The position numbers were made by a program, and so were the translations under genes. Of a stretch of 64,000 nucleotides of DNA, positions 42,553 to 53,720 are shown in pieces. The stretch is from Pseudobacteriovorax sp. (GTDB lineage: Bacteria; Bdellovibrionota_B; Oligoflexia; Oligoflexales; Oligoflexaceae): assembly GCA_050293845.1 (NCBI GenBank), contig JBNKNM010000008.1, forward strand, positions 1-64,000. The letters run 5' to 3'. Numbering within the stretch: position 1 is the stretch's first letter; each line of letters begins with the position of its first letter. Below the pieces are notes generated by a model, which saw only the letters and a program-made list of their open reading frames with translations, did not search any database and was not told the origin of the DNA.

Positions 42553-43698
42553 TTTAAACTCCTATTTCGGCTATTATTTCTGATTATTCTAGGTTTTAAT
42601 AGTAATGGTTTACTGTTCTAAATTGTATCTATATATAGAATATCTCAATCGTTTTTTTGTAGGCTGGGATATTTTAGAGCTTCTGTGAAAATAATTGTTG
42701 GTGCTATATTCGGATCTACAAACTTGTCCTGAAATGGACATAGTTTACCATGAGCTCTGAAAAATGGCACCGTTTGGTTGATTGGCCCTGGGGAGCTGGA
42801 AAGGAATACTAACCTAGGAGGCATCTAAGTATAATAGTCCTCTAGGAACAGGCAAAAAAGCAGGAGGTCGACCAAAATGCAAAAGGTCATCTTGGAGAAG
42901 ATGACCTTTGAGGAGAAGAAGATGCTAGGTTTTCATGGTTGGTTGATTTTGGGATCAATTTACTATTCGGTCTTCAGAGACTATTACTATAGAAAATCTT
43001 ATTTTACTTATGATTCTAACCGTTTATATTGATGTTATTTTTTGAAATGATAACGATGTCATAAGTTACTTATATTAATGGTATAAAATATTTATTGGTA
43101 AAAGTGGTAGCATTTATTTTGAAACTATTCCCAGGGAGCCAGTCTCACACAGCTTTTAAATTTTCAATTTAAAACTTACACGCGGTGTAGAGCTTTTTTA
43201 TCGATAAGTTTAATGTAGGACCTTGTTGGAGATCCAATATTAGTGAATAGAACCGTACAAAACCAGTTTTACAGATCCTTTAAGCCTATACTTTCAAAAG
43301 AATGCTGGGCTGAGTTCATCGGAATTAAAATGCCCAATAATAAATCAGAAGGTCTTCAGGATTTATATGCAGTTATTAACCAAAAAGCCGAAGCTAAAGA
43401 TTTCGTTTTCTAGCAAAAACGATGACTCAATATGCGTTATTCATATCAGCAATACCTATGTTTAATGAGTACGTCTTTTTTAGTGTTAACTATCTTGGAC
43501 ATCTTATACTCTGCCTTAGAAACACCTATTGGTTTGAAATGAAAAATTCAGCCAATAAATTCCTTTGCACCCCCCCAGCTCTAGCATACATTGAGTCCTA
43601 ATTAAAGTTCTTGTATTGTCATGTTTCTACTCACTTCTCTAGCTGTTTGTTGCCCGGGGAGTGACTAATTTTCAAACTCGAAGATGGGAGTATATCAA

Positions 43699-44592
43699 AT
43701 GAAACTTCAGCAGAAAATAGCGATAACCCTTAGTGCCTTGTTCGGTCTAACCGCTGCAGCAGCGCAAGCCTCTGCAGCGACAAAATCAATAGATACTTCG
43801 GCTAATATCACGCCAAGTACGGGCTGTGGGGCTATTGCACCACAAAGCGGGACCTACTACCTAAACGTTGACGGCACACAGCGCCGTTACATCGTAAGCC
43901 TACCAGCTAATTATGACAACCAAAGAGCATATCCCCTAGTATTTGGTTTTCATCCTTGGGGTGGTAACGCCGAACAAACAGTGGGTGGCGGTTATTGGGG
44001 AGCCCTTCAGGCTGCTAATAATGGAGCTATCTTTATCGCTGGTCAGGGACTTCCTTCAGGAGGTAATCGTTTTCCTCCCGGTCAAGGACCCGATGGCTGG
44101 CAAAACGTTGACGGCCGTGACTTTGTTTATATGGAAAGAATCTTTAACTGGGCTAACAGCAACCTCTGCTACGATACTGGGCGGGTTTTTGCCATGGGCC
44201 ATAGCTATGGCGGTATGTTTTCCAACTGGTTAGGCTGCGAGATGGGTAGTAGAATTCGTGCTATTGCGCCTTTCTCAGGCAGTTTTGCTGAGGTCGAGGT
44301 TAATCCGAATACCGACTGTAGCTTCGAGAAAGTTGCCGGTTACTTTATGCACGGAACAAATGATTTTGTTGTTCCCTATGCAAACGGCGAAGAGGCCAGA
44401 AACTACTTACTTCAGGCCAATAGCTGTAGCAACAACTATAGCGATGCTCCCTCCCCAGGATGGGGTGTCACCTGCCGCAGCTATAATAGCTGTGCCAACG
44501 GCTACCCTGTAGTTTGGTGCAGCCACTCCCAAAGCCATGGCGTTCCCAGTGGTTCTGGTGCAGCCGCTTGGAATTTCTTCAATAGCCTTTAG
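43699..44592 (+). CDS. Secreted alpha/beta-hydrolase (feruloyl esterase/LpqC-type, CE1-like)
   Basis: Signal peptide, LP.NYD..AYPLVFGFH, GHSYGG nucleophile, HGTNDFVV, HGVP. Confidence 0.85.
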   Translation: MKLQQKIAITLSALFGLTAAAAQASAATKSIDTSANITPSTGCGAIAPQSGTYYLNVDGTQRRYIVSLPANYDNQRAYPLVFGFHPWGGNAEQTVGGGYWGALQAANNGAIFIAGQGLPSGGNRFPPGQGPDGWQNVDGRDFVYMERIFNWANSNLCYDTGRVFAMGHSYGGMFSNWLGCEMGSRIRAIAPFSGSFAEVEVNPNTDCSFEKVAGYFMHGTNDFVVPYANGEEARNYLLQANSCSNNYSDAPSPGWGVTCRSYNSCANGYPVVWCSHSQSHGVPSGSGAAAWNFFNSL

Positions 44593-44698
44593 AGGGAATT
44601 GCTTCTAGGCTCAAGAAGGTCACTTCAGCCAAAAAATAACAAATCACCTAATAAAGCTAATAATAATTAAAGTTCAAGCAAATACAGAAAAATAAAAA

Positions 44699-44722
44699 AC
44701 CCACCAACAGTAGTTGGTGGGT
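44699..44722. terminator. Rho-independent terminator
   Basis: ACCCACCAAC-AGTA-GTTGGTGGGT, with an A-tract on the left side (a U-tract for the minus-strand gene). Confidence 0.75.
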
Positions 44723-44754
44723 CAAATGTTCGGCATACTTAGCCAACAAGGGAA

Positions 44755-45981
44755 TTAATTACATCGTCTCCAGACTAGAGCGTGGTAAACCTTGAATTCA
44801 CCATCAACAGAGTCCACAGTCACAAAACCGCCATTATTACGAGCGCCACTATTGTTCACTCTAATAGCAGAGTTAATATTCAGAGCTCTGAGGGGGCCGC
44901 ATGGTGACCAAGCAAGAGCATCTACTGGAACGACGTGACGGAACATGTAATCTTCATCAGCAAATCCTGAAATGGTTTGACTTTGATTAAAAGAATCCTG
45001 TTGTCCTTGCAGATAGTAGCGAGCCGATTGCCTGGCTGTAACACCGTCCTCTAAGAAGAGATAACCACGATAATCGAAAGTAGCTAAGGCAAAGGACCAT
45101 TGGTTAGAATCGTAGTCGAGATCCATTATAATCTGACAGTTTTTACGATTTTCTCTTCGGGAAATACCTGGGCCAGCTTCCGCTATGAAAGAATCGAAAA
45201 TAAGGGTGAAAGCTTTTTTATCGGGAGATACGTTTTCAGCAATAGTTCCTATAGGACAACCAGAACCATTGTATTGGATATTCTCAATCGTCAAATCCGC
45301 AGGTGCTTCTGGGAAATCGGAGTCGTACGGAGGAGGCTCATCTATAGGAGGCAATGAACCACCACACCTTTTCCATATAATACCATAAGACTGGTTGAAT
45401 TCCCCATCAAAAGAATCAGTAGTAATCACACCTTCACCTTGGGGATTACCTTGATTACTCACACGAATTGATGATTGGATGTTGAGAGCCCTGGAGTCAC
45501 CAGTACAGTCTGGCGACCAAATCACAGCTCCTAAACCGATTTGATCGCGAAAGTGATAATCCTGATCGGCAGGACCGCTCACACTAGAATTAAAATCTAC
45601 TCCTTCGATATCCGATTGGAAGTAGTACTTAGCACTTGATGTTGCTGTCACACCAGAATCTAAGAAGAGATACCCGCGGTAATCGAAGCTTACTAACGAG
45701 TAAGTCCATCCAGTAGGAAAATCTAAATCAATAGTGAAAGTACAGTTGCGACGACTATCCGAAGTAGTGCTGCCGGGATATACTTCAGCAAGATACTCGC
45801 TAAAAGTCAGGGTAAAAGCTTTTCTATCGGCTGATATGTTTTTACCGATTGTTCCAATAGGGCAACCAGAGCCTGCAGCAGTGATACTATTAATATTTAC
45901 GTATGAAGGGGTATCTTGTGCCATGGCCTGACCAGCTACAAACGCTGCAAACACAGCTCCCGCAATTCTCAAATAACTCAT
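44755..45981 (-). CDS. Secreted protein with two tandem DUF4360 domains
   Basis: Two copies of GSGCP.GT....S.D.KAFTL.F..Y/F.A...RxNC...DYRGYLFL..GVTA joined by a Pro-rich linker. Confidence 0.88.
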   Translation of the reverse strand: MSYLRIAGAVFAAFVAGQAMAQDTPSYVNINSITAAGSGCPIGTIGKNISADRKAFTLTFSEYLAEVYPGSTTSDSRRNCTFTIDLDFPTGWTYSLVSFDYRGYLFLDSGVTATSSAKYYFQSDIEGVDFNSSVSGPADQDYHFRDQIGLGAVIWSPDCTGDSRALNIQSSIRVSNQGNPQGEGVITTDSFDGEFNQSYGIIWKRCGGSLPPIDEPPPYDSDFPEAPADLTIENIQYNGSGCPIGTIAENVSPDKKAFTLIFDSFIAEAGPGISRRENRKNCQIIMDLDYDSNQWSFALATFDYRGYLFLEDGVTARQSARYYLQGQQDSFNQSQTISGFADEDYMFRHVVPVDALAWSPCGPLRALNINSAIRVNNSGARNNGGFVTVDSVDGEFKVYHALVWRRCN

Positions 45982-46589
45982 ACTGATATTCCTTTCGCCT
46001 AAACTAAGTTCGAATTCTTGACAACCCATTTGCACGTCGAATGCCAAATAAGATACGAATATCGAGCAAGTGTTCTGTAAACTCAGGTCACATCGATAAG
46101 ACTCTAATAATAGTAATTATCACTCACAGATCACTGTAATGCTTTTATTTTTCCGAAACATTTTAAGGAAACCATGATGCGCCAATTTATCAAGCTACAA
46201 CTGATAGATTCTCTAAGATAGCATCTTATATTATCTCAGCTTGCTACTGTCTTTATTCATCTTTGTTTACTCGGAGTATGGTAAGAGCAAGGTGCAGGTG
46301 GTCAAAATATCAAAAGGTCTTGCTTTTACCTATTGACACCCTCAGGTTTTGGCATTAGCAATCCCCATGTTTAGATCCCAAAGTCATAGGGGACAGTCTA
46401 GTTTCTTTTCTTTAAAAAAAATTTTCAAAACATATCATTCAATGAACTATGATGAAGTGCCTTAGCATAACTATGCAATATCTCTCAGCCCAACTTGATT
46501 CATAACCTGATTCATATATAGTTATAAATAGGAAATGTTGAGTTGCTTTTAGTTATGCTACTATGTATTTGTTTCTTAAGGGGTGCAGT

Positions 46590-46856
46590 ATGAAGTCTTT
46601 TGTAGTTTTTTTTTTGTTAGCACAAAGCTGTGCTCATTCCTCAAGCTTCAATAGAAACCTGGATGAAGAAAAAGTGATTGGACCTACCTTACAACGTTCC
46701 CATGCCAGGCACAGTACGCACTACGAATGTGACCCTTATCTTAAGGATCGAGATAGTGACCTATTTAAGCCCTATGTGGCAGTAGGAGCTAACTTTTTCA
46801 TTGAGAAAGGTAAAATTAGGGCTCAACCTAGTGTTGAGCAGGGCTGTAGTGATTGA
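46590..46856 (+). CDS. Small hypothetical lipoprotein
   Basis: MKSFVVFFLLAQSC lipobox-like start. Confidence 0.5.
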   Translation: MKSFVVFFLLAQSCAHSSSFNRNLDEEKVIGPTLQRSHARHSTHYECDPYLKDRDSDLFKPYVAVGANFFIEKGKIRAQPSVEQGCSD

Positions 46857-46948
46857 CGATTGACACCTTCCCCTTCTTGCTTCCTCAGTAAGGTGGGCTT
46901 CCGAGGAAAGAATGTGGCTATTTCGGCAAGCCAGAATAACCAATATTC

Positions 46949-47425
46949 TCATAACTTATAGGCGCCTACTAGCATAGCTGCATCAAATGCTTTACCGGTT
47001 TGTTTTCCAAACCAACCGTAATAGCTGTACCCTTCAAATCCAATATCAACTTTCTTGGTAAGCCTCTTCTTAAACCCTACTCCGAGTATGGGACCTATCG
47101 TACTTTCAGAATCGCCATTGGCTCTATTGAGATTAAGCATCCCCCCACCAACAGTAAGTCGCAAGCGGTAGGGTCCTTTTTTAATAGTAGGACGAAAAAA
47201 CCCACCTACGGCTAAAGCCCCATCTCCATCATCACTTGAAGAAAAATTATGGAAGTAACCACCCCAGGTGGCATATCGATCCCACTTCATTGCGTAGTCG
47301 ACACCAAAACCTAGGCCACCAGGTCCAAATCCTAAGTAACCATGAACAGCCGAACGTCCTTTCGCAAAACCCGGTACATTAAGGGACAAAAGCATAAACA
47401 CTAAAAGCAAAAGCCTCATAAACAT
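46949..47425 (-). CDS. Small outer-membrane beta-barrel protein
   Basis: Signal peptide, Gly/aromatic amphipathic strands, GAGG RBS before ATG 47425. Confidence 0.65.
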   Translation of the reverse strand: MFMRLLLLVFMLLSLNVPGFAKGRSAVHGYLGFGPGGLGFGVDYAMKWDRYATWGGYFHNFSSSDDGDGALAVGGFFRPTIKKGPYRLRLTVGGGMLNLNRANGDSESTIGPILGVGFKKRLTKKVDIGFEGYSYYGWFGKQTGKAFDAAMLVGAYKL

Positions 47426-47461
47426 TGGTAGCCTCTTCAATTTTAATGAAATTCTTAAACT

Positions 47462-47488
47462 ATATCGGCTCGATAGGGAGTATTCTAA
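47462..47488 (-). promoter_or_regulatory. Candidate sigma-28 promoter
   Basis: TTAG-N15-GCCGATAT on the minus strand. Confidence 0.4.
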
Positions 47489-47693
47489 AAAATTTTATTC
47501 AGTCCCCGGTTATATTTGCATTTTTCAATGCTATTTCTTAATTCTTCTTTCTATTTAAAAGCTTACCTAAGGTACAGAAAAGTGACGCTAATTAATCTTC
47601 GCGCTTGCGATTTTGCTATTGCATATTTTTGCTTTTAGAGTCTTTGTGGGTATGTTAATAACGTCGGCTGACTACTTAGGAACCTGATTTATT

Positions 47694-48341
47694 GTGACAT
47701 ATTTGATTATAGCCTTACTCATTCCCTGGGTTGCGCCGTTAATTTGGGTAGCAATTACGAGCTTTCGGGAACTTACATCTAGCTACACACGCTTTTTCTA
47801 TGTTTTAGTGATCGCGATCCTGGCTATTGGCTTCATTCCTGATCACTACAGCCATGATGGCTGGAAAGCTTTCGTATTTATGGGGATTGGCTGGGGAATC
47901 TTTGCAGCCCTCGATTACCTATCCAAAAGGGTTAGAAGCTCGCGGCGCTTGTCCCTATACCTACTGGGAGCTACGATTTTCCTCCACGGTTTTGGCGATG
48001 GCGCTGGCATTTTTCTCTCAACCCTCAACAACGGCCCTAATCCATCCATAGCCCTGGCTGTATCTATTCTATTACATCGACTTCCTGCAAGCTTTGGAGT
48101 CTGGGCGTTCTTGATTCCCAGATTTTCGAGGGTTGTTCCCATTTTAATCTTAGCAATTTTGACCGTCGGCACCCTACTTGGGTATGGCGTTTTAGGTTTG
48201 AATGGGGATATTACTATCCATGAGCACTATATCCATATCATCGAATATCTAGTGGCTGGCGGCCTCATTCACTTGGGTGTCTTGGCAAAGCGGAATCGCA
48301 AGACTAAGCACCATCAGCAAAAAAATTCGTGTGCTGTCTAA
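47694..48341 (+). CDS. ZIP-like metal transporter / membrane protein
   Basis: Multiple TM segments; HGFGDG and LHRLP motifs. Confidence 0.6.
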   Translation: MTYLIIALLIPWVAPLIWVAITSFRELTSSYTRFFYVLVIAILAIGFIPDHYSHDGWKAFVFMGIGWGIFAALDYLSKRVRSSRRLSLYLLGATIFLHGFGDGAGIFLSTLNNGPNPSIALAVSILLHRLPASFGVWAFLIPRFSRVVPILILAILTVGTLLGYGVLGLNGDITIHEHYIHIIEYLVAGGLIHLGVLAKRNRKTKHHQQKNSCAV

Positions 48342-49545
48342 GCCCAGCCACCAGCGCGCGAACACTGCGCTGGGGAGAAAATTTATCTTCTACTTCTTTT
48401 CTAGCAGCCCTCCCCATCCGCTTGCTCCGATTAGGATCTTTGATAATGCGCTCGACGGCCCTGACTAGACCTTCAATGTCACCTGGCTCCACCAAAATAC
48501 CGGTAATCCGATCTGTTATGAGCTCAGGAACGCCTCCCACACGACAGCCAATGACAGGCACTTCCATAGCCATGGCTTCCATAAAGGCAACTCCTAATGC
48601 CTCACTCTTAGTCGGGAGGATAAAAATATGGGTTTTCTCTAACTCGTTTTTTACGGCAACTTGGTCAACACTCCCAAGAAATGCCACATTCTTGTGAATT
48701 CCCAGCTCCTTTGACAACTTCATAACTTCTTGCATATAGCCATAGCCGCCCTGTTCATCCTGACCAGCAACGCGTAACTGCACGTCTATATCTTTTTCTA
48801 ATAGGGACGCAATACAATGTATTAGCTCAGTATAACCTTTTGCAGGATTCACCCTTGAACAACAAAACAATCGTAAAATACTCTGTCCCTGCTGAAAGGG
48901 CTCATAGGGTTTGTGACGCTGAAAAAACTGTGTATTAACACCCATTGGTGCGACTGTCAGAGGAGTCGATAGCTGCGGCTGCTCCCGTTGCAATTCTAAC
49001 CTTAACCGTTCGGTTACAACGATACCAAATGACGCGTAACCCCATTTTGCTTCCTGATTACCTGCTTGGCAATTGTCTCCGTGACGGGTGATGCTGTAAG
49101 TGACCCCATAGATCATATGAATGAACAAAACGATATCAGCACCTGAATACTGAAAGTGAGAATGGATATGGTTAACTTGTCGGCGTATTAAGTGCGCCCC
49201 AAAAAATAGACCAATACCGAACATTATCAGCAGTTTCAACTTACTACGAAAAGAAGTGTCCTTACTGTTGAGAATCAGACTTATAGCTTTCCAGATACCC
49301 CTTAATTTCATTTTTGGTAATGCATTTAACAAGTCCTTGAAATACCGCCAGGGGGGGAAAGCATAGAGCGTCCTTTGATGAGCCTTTTCAGCCCATAATT
49401 GAGGACAAAGTGAAGTACTAGGCCTTACTGTGGAAGCAATGAGGATATTTATTTTTTGTTGCTCTAAAGCTTGAATCTCGCGCCAAAAAAATGAATGGGT
49501 CTGCGTGGGAAATTCGGGGACGAAATAGACAAGTTTTGGTGACAT
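48304..49545 (-). CDS. Glycosyltransferase family 4
   Basis: EFPTQTHSFFWREI, EALGVAFMEAMAM..PVI...GGVPELI. Confidence 0.92.
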   Translation of the reverse strand: MSPKLVYFVPEFPTQTHSFFWREIQALEQQKINILIASTVRPSTSLCPQLWAEKAHQRTLYAFPPWRYFKDLLNALPKMKLRGIWKAISLILNSKDTSFRSKLKLLIMFGIGLFFGAHLIRRQVNHIHSHFQYSGADIVLFIHMIYGVTYSITRHGDNCQAGNQEAKWGYASFGIVVTERLRLELQREQPQLSTPLTVAPMGVNTQFFQRHKPYEPFQQGQSILRLFCCSRVNPAKGYTELIHCIASLLEKDIDVQLRVAGQDEQGGYGYMQEVMKLSKELGIHKNVAFLGSVDQVAVKNELEKTHIFILPTKSEALGVAFMEAMAMEVPVIGCRVGGVPELITDRITGILVEPGDIEGLVRAVERIIKDPNRSKRMGRAARKEVEDKFSPQRSVRALVAGLRQHTNFFADGA

Positions 49546-49554
49546 TGTTCCTCC

Positions 49555-50304
49555 TCACAGCCTCAACAAACCCATGGTAAGCTCGCAAAAGTCACGTTTA
49601 TTACATCGATAAAAGGCTTCCCCATATTCGATCCGATGCTTGAGACCTCGGTAGCGATTAAGCCCTAACACAGCGCTATCATAAGGTAGAGCCTCCAGTT
49701 GAGATCGATAAAATCTGATCGCTGTTTGCTTACGCTCTATCACTTCTGATATATCGAGTACTATATTGGGCCATAATGTCGACCAAACCTCATAGCACCA
49801 AATTTCTCCCTTGAATGGTAAATGGTTGATAACCTCACCTAACAACATACTACAGCTTTGATGATCCCGGTGGTGGTCAGTGGGAAAAGGACAAAGTATA
49901 ATGTCCGGATCGTAAGCGGCGAGTTTCTTTCGCATGCGATCTTCGAACTCCTTTTCTGAAAAAGCAACAAAGCGATCAGGTAAACCCCACCCTTCCGCAG
50001 TGAATCCTAAATAACGAGAAACTTTTTCAGCCTCAGTCCACCTTCTATTGGCAACAGTTTCTGCCGAGGCTTGAGGATTACCAGTAACAAACACAACTTC
50101 AACCGTTTCTTTTTTATCCTGCAATTTCGCCAGTAAACCTCCCGTAGCAATCGACTCATCATCATTGTGAGGAGCAATTATCAACCATCTTTTGCCAACT
50201 GGTAAGGTAATAAGTTCCACAGGCTGGCGATGCAGCACACCCATTGTATACTTGAGTAAGCGAGTGGCGCCCCAGCTGCGCAGGCGATTGAACATTCCTT
50301 TCAT
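49555..50304 (-). CDS. PIG-L family deacetylase
   Basis: IAPHNDDE, DHHRDH, YRSQ. Confidence 0.9.
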   Translation of the reverse strand: MKGMFNRLRSWGATRLLKYTMGVLHRQPVELITLPVGKRWLIIAPHNDDESIATGGLLAKLQDKKETVEVVFVTGNPQASAETVANRRWTEAEKVSRYLGFTAEGWGLPDRFVAFSEKEFEDRMRKKLAAYDPDIILCPFPTDHHRDHQSCSMLLGEVINHLPFKGEIWCYEVWSTLWPNIVLDISEVIERKQTAIRFYRSQLEALPYDSAVLGLNRYRGLKHRIEYGEAFYRCNKRDFCELTMGLLRL

Positions 50305-50543
50305 AGATATCCTTGCATATTTCCTTAAGGTAAAAGTGTTTGTTTTGTATTGTATCGTTCTACCCTGTAAATTTCACTCAAATACGTACGTATGATAAAG
50401 TCACTCGATACTATCAAGTTTTTTCAAGAAATTTCTAAACTGTTTTTTTCATATCCCGGATTTATACCTGAAGTTCAATTTTCTTTCATCATGGGGGGGG
50501 TTCGTGATATTACTAGGTTAATAAAAATTTTTAGGTTAAATTC

Positions 50544-53500
50544 ATGACTTACTTGATTCGCTACTTTATCCATAAACCCATCGCTGCCAATTTACTTTCA
50601 CTGACCATAGTCCTAATGGGATTATTGGCATTCAAGCATCTCAAGCGTCAAGCGACTCCCTTGGTTGACATGCAGCAAATGAGGATCATCAGTACCGTAC
50701 CTGCAGCATCGCCAAAAGATATAGAACTCAATGTTACCACTAAGCTGGAAGAAGCATTGGAAGGTGTGAGTGGCATTGAAAAAATTCTCTCCAACAGCAC
50801 TGAGTCGGTATCTACCATTGAGGTCTATATCGATCCTGATGCGAGTGATTCAGAAAAAGTCAAGTCAGATATTCGCCGCGCAGTAGAGTCCGTGCAAGAC
50901 CTACCCGAGGAAATGTTGGAGAAACCTCATATTTTCGAGATTAAAGTAGAGGAAATGATCATTTATGAGCTAGGTATTGCTTTTAACGAGTACGACCCCA
51001 AACGCATAGCAGAAGTGAGTCGTCAGCTCAAGCGAGAATTACAAGGTCTCTCAGAAGTAGCAACCGTTAGAGAAAGCGCTGTTCCTGAACGCGAGATAAA
51101 AATTTATCTGAATGCCCACAAATTGGATCAATATCAAGTTTCCATAGAGGAAGTCTACCAGAGCATTACTAATAACAAAATCAGACTATCAGGGGGAGTT
51201 TTAAAAAAGGGAGACCAGGAAAAGAGTATTATTACCTTAGCTGAATTTGATGACCCTTATGAGGTACAAGACATTGTTATCAGGTCAACCAGTACTGGAC
51301 AGCACATATTTGTTAAGGATGTGGCTCGCATAGTTGATGGTTTTACCAAAGATGATCGCATTCTACGCTTTAACGGCATGCGAGGAGCTTCCTTGCTAGT
51401 CACCAAAAAATCTGCAGCTGATATTATCAATCTGGTCGAAAAAATTGAAGATATTAAAAATCGCATGCAGAAGCGAGGACCTCCTGATCTGCACCTGGTT
51501 ACAACATGGGACTTTAGTATTGCTACCCGTACGCGTTTAGATATTGTATCGATGAATTTTGCCCTGGGTTTTTTCCTGGTTCTTATCGTGCTATTTTTAT
51601 TTCTAGATCCCCGTATTGCTTTTTGGACCGCACTCGGTATTCCTATTTCCATCGCTGCAGCTCTTGCGGTAGCTCCACTACTAGATATTTCTATAAACAG
51701 CGTCTCACTCTGTGGAGTCATCTTAGTTCTCGGTATGATAGTTGATGATGCCATTATTGTGGCAGAGTCCATTTACAAAAACTTAGAGAACAATATGAAG
51801 CCCAAGGATGCAGCATTAAACGGCGTTATTTCTGTTATAAAACCTGTGTTCGGTACTATTATCACTTCTATCATTGCCTTTATCCCCCTATATTTTTTAC
51901 CAGGTACAATAGGTGATTTTTCCATAGAAGTCCCATCCATAGTATGCATTGTACTTGCAGCTAGTTTCCTGGAAGCAACCTTTATTTTGCCTTCTCATCT
52001 CAGCCATCGTGCTTCCCATACCTTGCACTTTATCCCTCCAGGAAATCATTTGATCAGATTCCTTGAAAGTCGGTATAGAAAATTATTGAGCTTATGCATT
52101 CGTTTTAAATACACGACTTTTATCTGTTTTATTGTAGGAATATCCACATGTTTCTATATTGGCAAGTCATATGCTAAATTCAGAATGTTCGATCTGGAAC
52201 AGGCTTATAGAATATACTTTATGGGTGAGGTTAAAGAGGGTACTACCCTTAACTATACAACTGATCAAGTGAAGAAGCTTGAACAGCTAGTCGCCATGTT
52301 GCCAAAAGATGTAGTACAGTCCTTTAAAACCACTATTGGAACAGAAGGGAGCTTTAAAGGATTAAGAGTTCAATCCCATACATCCTTCCTCTCTGAGTTG
52401 GTACTTACACCTTTTAATCATCGCACTTTAACCGCTAGCTTTATTGCAAAAGAGCTGGTACGCGGTGTTCAGGAAACGGGAATCCCGTTTACCAAGTTTG
52501 ATGTAGAAATTGATGCAGAAGGCCCCCCAGTCGGTAGGCCCATTGAAATACGCATCGTTGGCGACAACGCTGAAACAAGAGAGCGCATAGTTAACGAACT
52601 TATGGAATTTTTAAAAAAGCTTCCCCTGGAAATGGTCGCTTCCGACATAACTAAAGGCAAACAAGAGCTACAACTAAGACCTGACTTTCGCAAGTTATCA
52701 GCTAGTGGCCTGAGTACATCTCAAATAGCTAACACCATACGCACCATTTTTGATGGGACCATCGTGGGACAGTTTCAGACATCAATAGAGTCTTCCGATT
52801 ATCGTCTATTAATGGACCCTAACTACCAGAACTTTGACGACCCCCTCATTGGTATTGCTGTAAGGAATAGTTTTGGTAACCTCATTCCCCTAAAAGGATT
52901 GGTCACTGAAGAGCAGGGAAGTTCTGTTAAGAGAATATTGCGCTTTAATGGCCACCCTTCTAATCTTATTACTGCGAACTTAAATACCCAAGCAACCATT
53001 CCTGAAATTAGCCCTATCATTCAACGGAAGCTCCATGACCTAGAGGTAAAGTTTCCCGGTTATCATCTGCACTTAGAAGGTGAAGCTAAGCAGAGCCAAG
53101 AGTTCATTCAACAAATCATACTTTTGCTCTCCATAACCATAGTAACCATCTACTTTTGGTTGGTATTTCAGCTGGAATCACTCACCAAACCTTTCATGGT
53201 TGTTTTAGCTATACCATGTGGCATCGCAGGTATATTTTTAGCCTTTATCGGTCACGGAATGGATCTTTCTCTCCTAGCCCTTGTGGGCATTGTAGGAGTA
53301 GGAGGGGTTTTAATTAATGACTCTCTCATCCTGGTAGAGTTTGTCAATCGATTACAGCGCAGCAGCCAAAACAAGTTTGAAGATGACATTATCGACGGGT
53401 CAGTCCATCGTTTTCGGCCAATTATACTGACTACTTTAACAACGGTAATTGGGTTATTCCCCACCGCCTATGGGATGGTAGGTGGCACGGATTCCTTTAT

Positions 53501-53612
53501 TTCCCCTCTAGTATTTACTATGACCTGGGGATTACTTGTGGGCACACCTTCAGTGCTATTTATTATACCTGTTCTGTACGCGATTATTTCAAAAAAAACT
53601 AGTTCTTCCTAG
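50544..53612 (+). CDS. RND efflux permease (AcrB/AcrD/AcrF family)
   Basis: GMIVDDAIIVAE, RFRPIILTTLTTVIGL.P; 12-TM, two-loop architecture. Confidence 0.93.
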   Translation: MTYLIRYFIHKPIAANLLSLTIVLMGLLAFKHLKRQATPLVDMQQMRIISTVPAASPKDIELNVTTKLEEALEGVSGIEKILSNSTESVSTIEVYIDPDASDSEKVKSDIRRAVESVQDLPEEMLEKPHIFEIKVEEMIIYELGIAFNEYDPKRIAEVSRQLKRELQGLSEVATVRESAVPEREIKIYLNAHKLDQYQVSIEEVYQSITNNKIRLSGGVLKKGDQEKSIITLAEFDDPYEVQDIVIRSTSTGQHIFVKDVARIVDGFTKDDRILRFNGMRGASLLVTKKSAADIINLVEKIEDIKNRMQKRGPPDLHLVTTWDFSIATRTRLDIVSMNFALGFFLVLIVLFLFLDPRIAFWTALGIPISIAAALAVAPLLDISINSVSLCGVILVLGMIVDDAIIVAESIYKNLENNMKPKDAALNGVISVIKPVFGTIITSIIAFIPLYFLPGTIGDFSIEVPSIVCIVLAASFLEATFILPSHLSHRASHTLHFIPPGNHLIRFLESRYRKLLSLCIRFKYTTFICFIVGISTCFYIGKSYAKFRMFDLEQAYRIYFMGEVKEGTTLNYTTDQVKKLEQLVAMLPKDVVQSFKTTIGTEGSFKGLRVQSHTSFLSELVLTPFNHRTLTASFIAKELVRGVQETGIPFTKFDVEIDAEGPPVGRPIEIRIVGDNAETRERIVNELMEFLKKLPLEMVASDITKGKQELQLRPDFRKLSASGLSTSQIANTIRTIFDGTIVGQFQTSIESSDYRLLMDPNYQNFDDPLIGIAVRNSFGNLIPLKGLVTEEQGSSVKRILRFNGHPSNLITANLNTQATIPEISPIIQRKLHDLEVKFPGYHLHLEGEAKQSQEFIQQIILLLSITIVTIYFWLVFQLESLTKPFMVVLAIPCGIAGIFLAFIGHGMDLSLLALVGIVGVGGVLINDSLILVEFVNRLQRSSQNKFEDDIIDGSVHRFRPIILTTLTTVIGLFPTAYGMVGGTDSFISPLVFTMTWGLLVGTPSVLFIIPVLYAIISKKTSSS

Positions 53613-53720
53613 AGAATTTCCTGCCTGAATTTTCAGAACTCCTCTTTATTTCCTAACACATTCCATAATTTTTGATAAAATTCCCTCCCTGACCGATAGT
53701 GAGACAAAGAGGGGGGAAAG

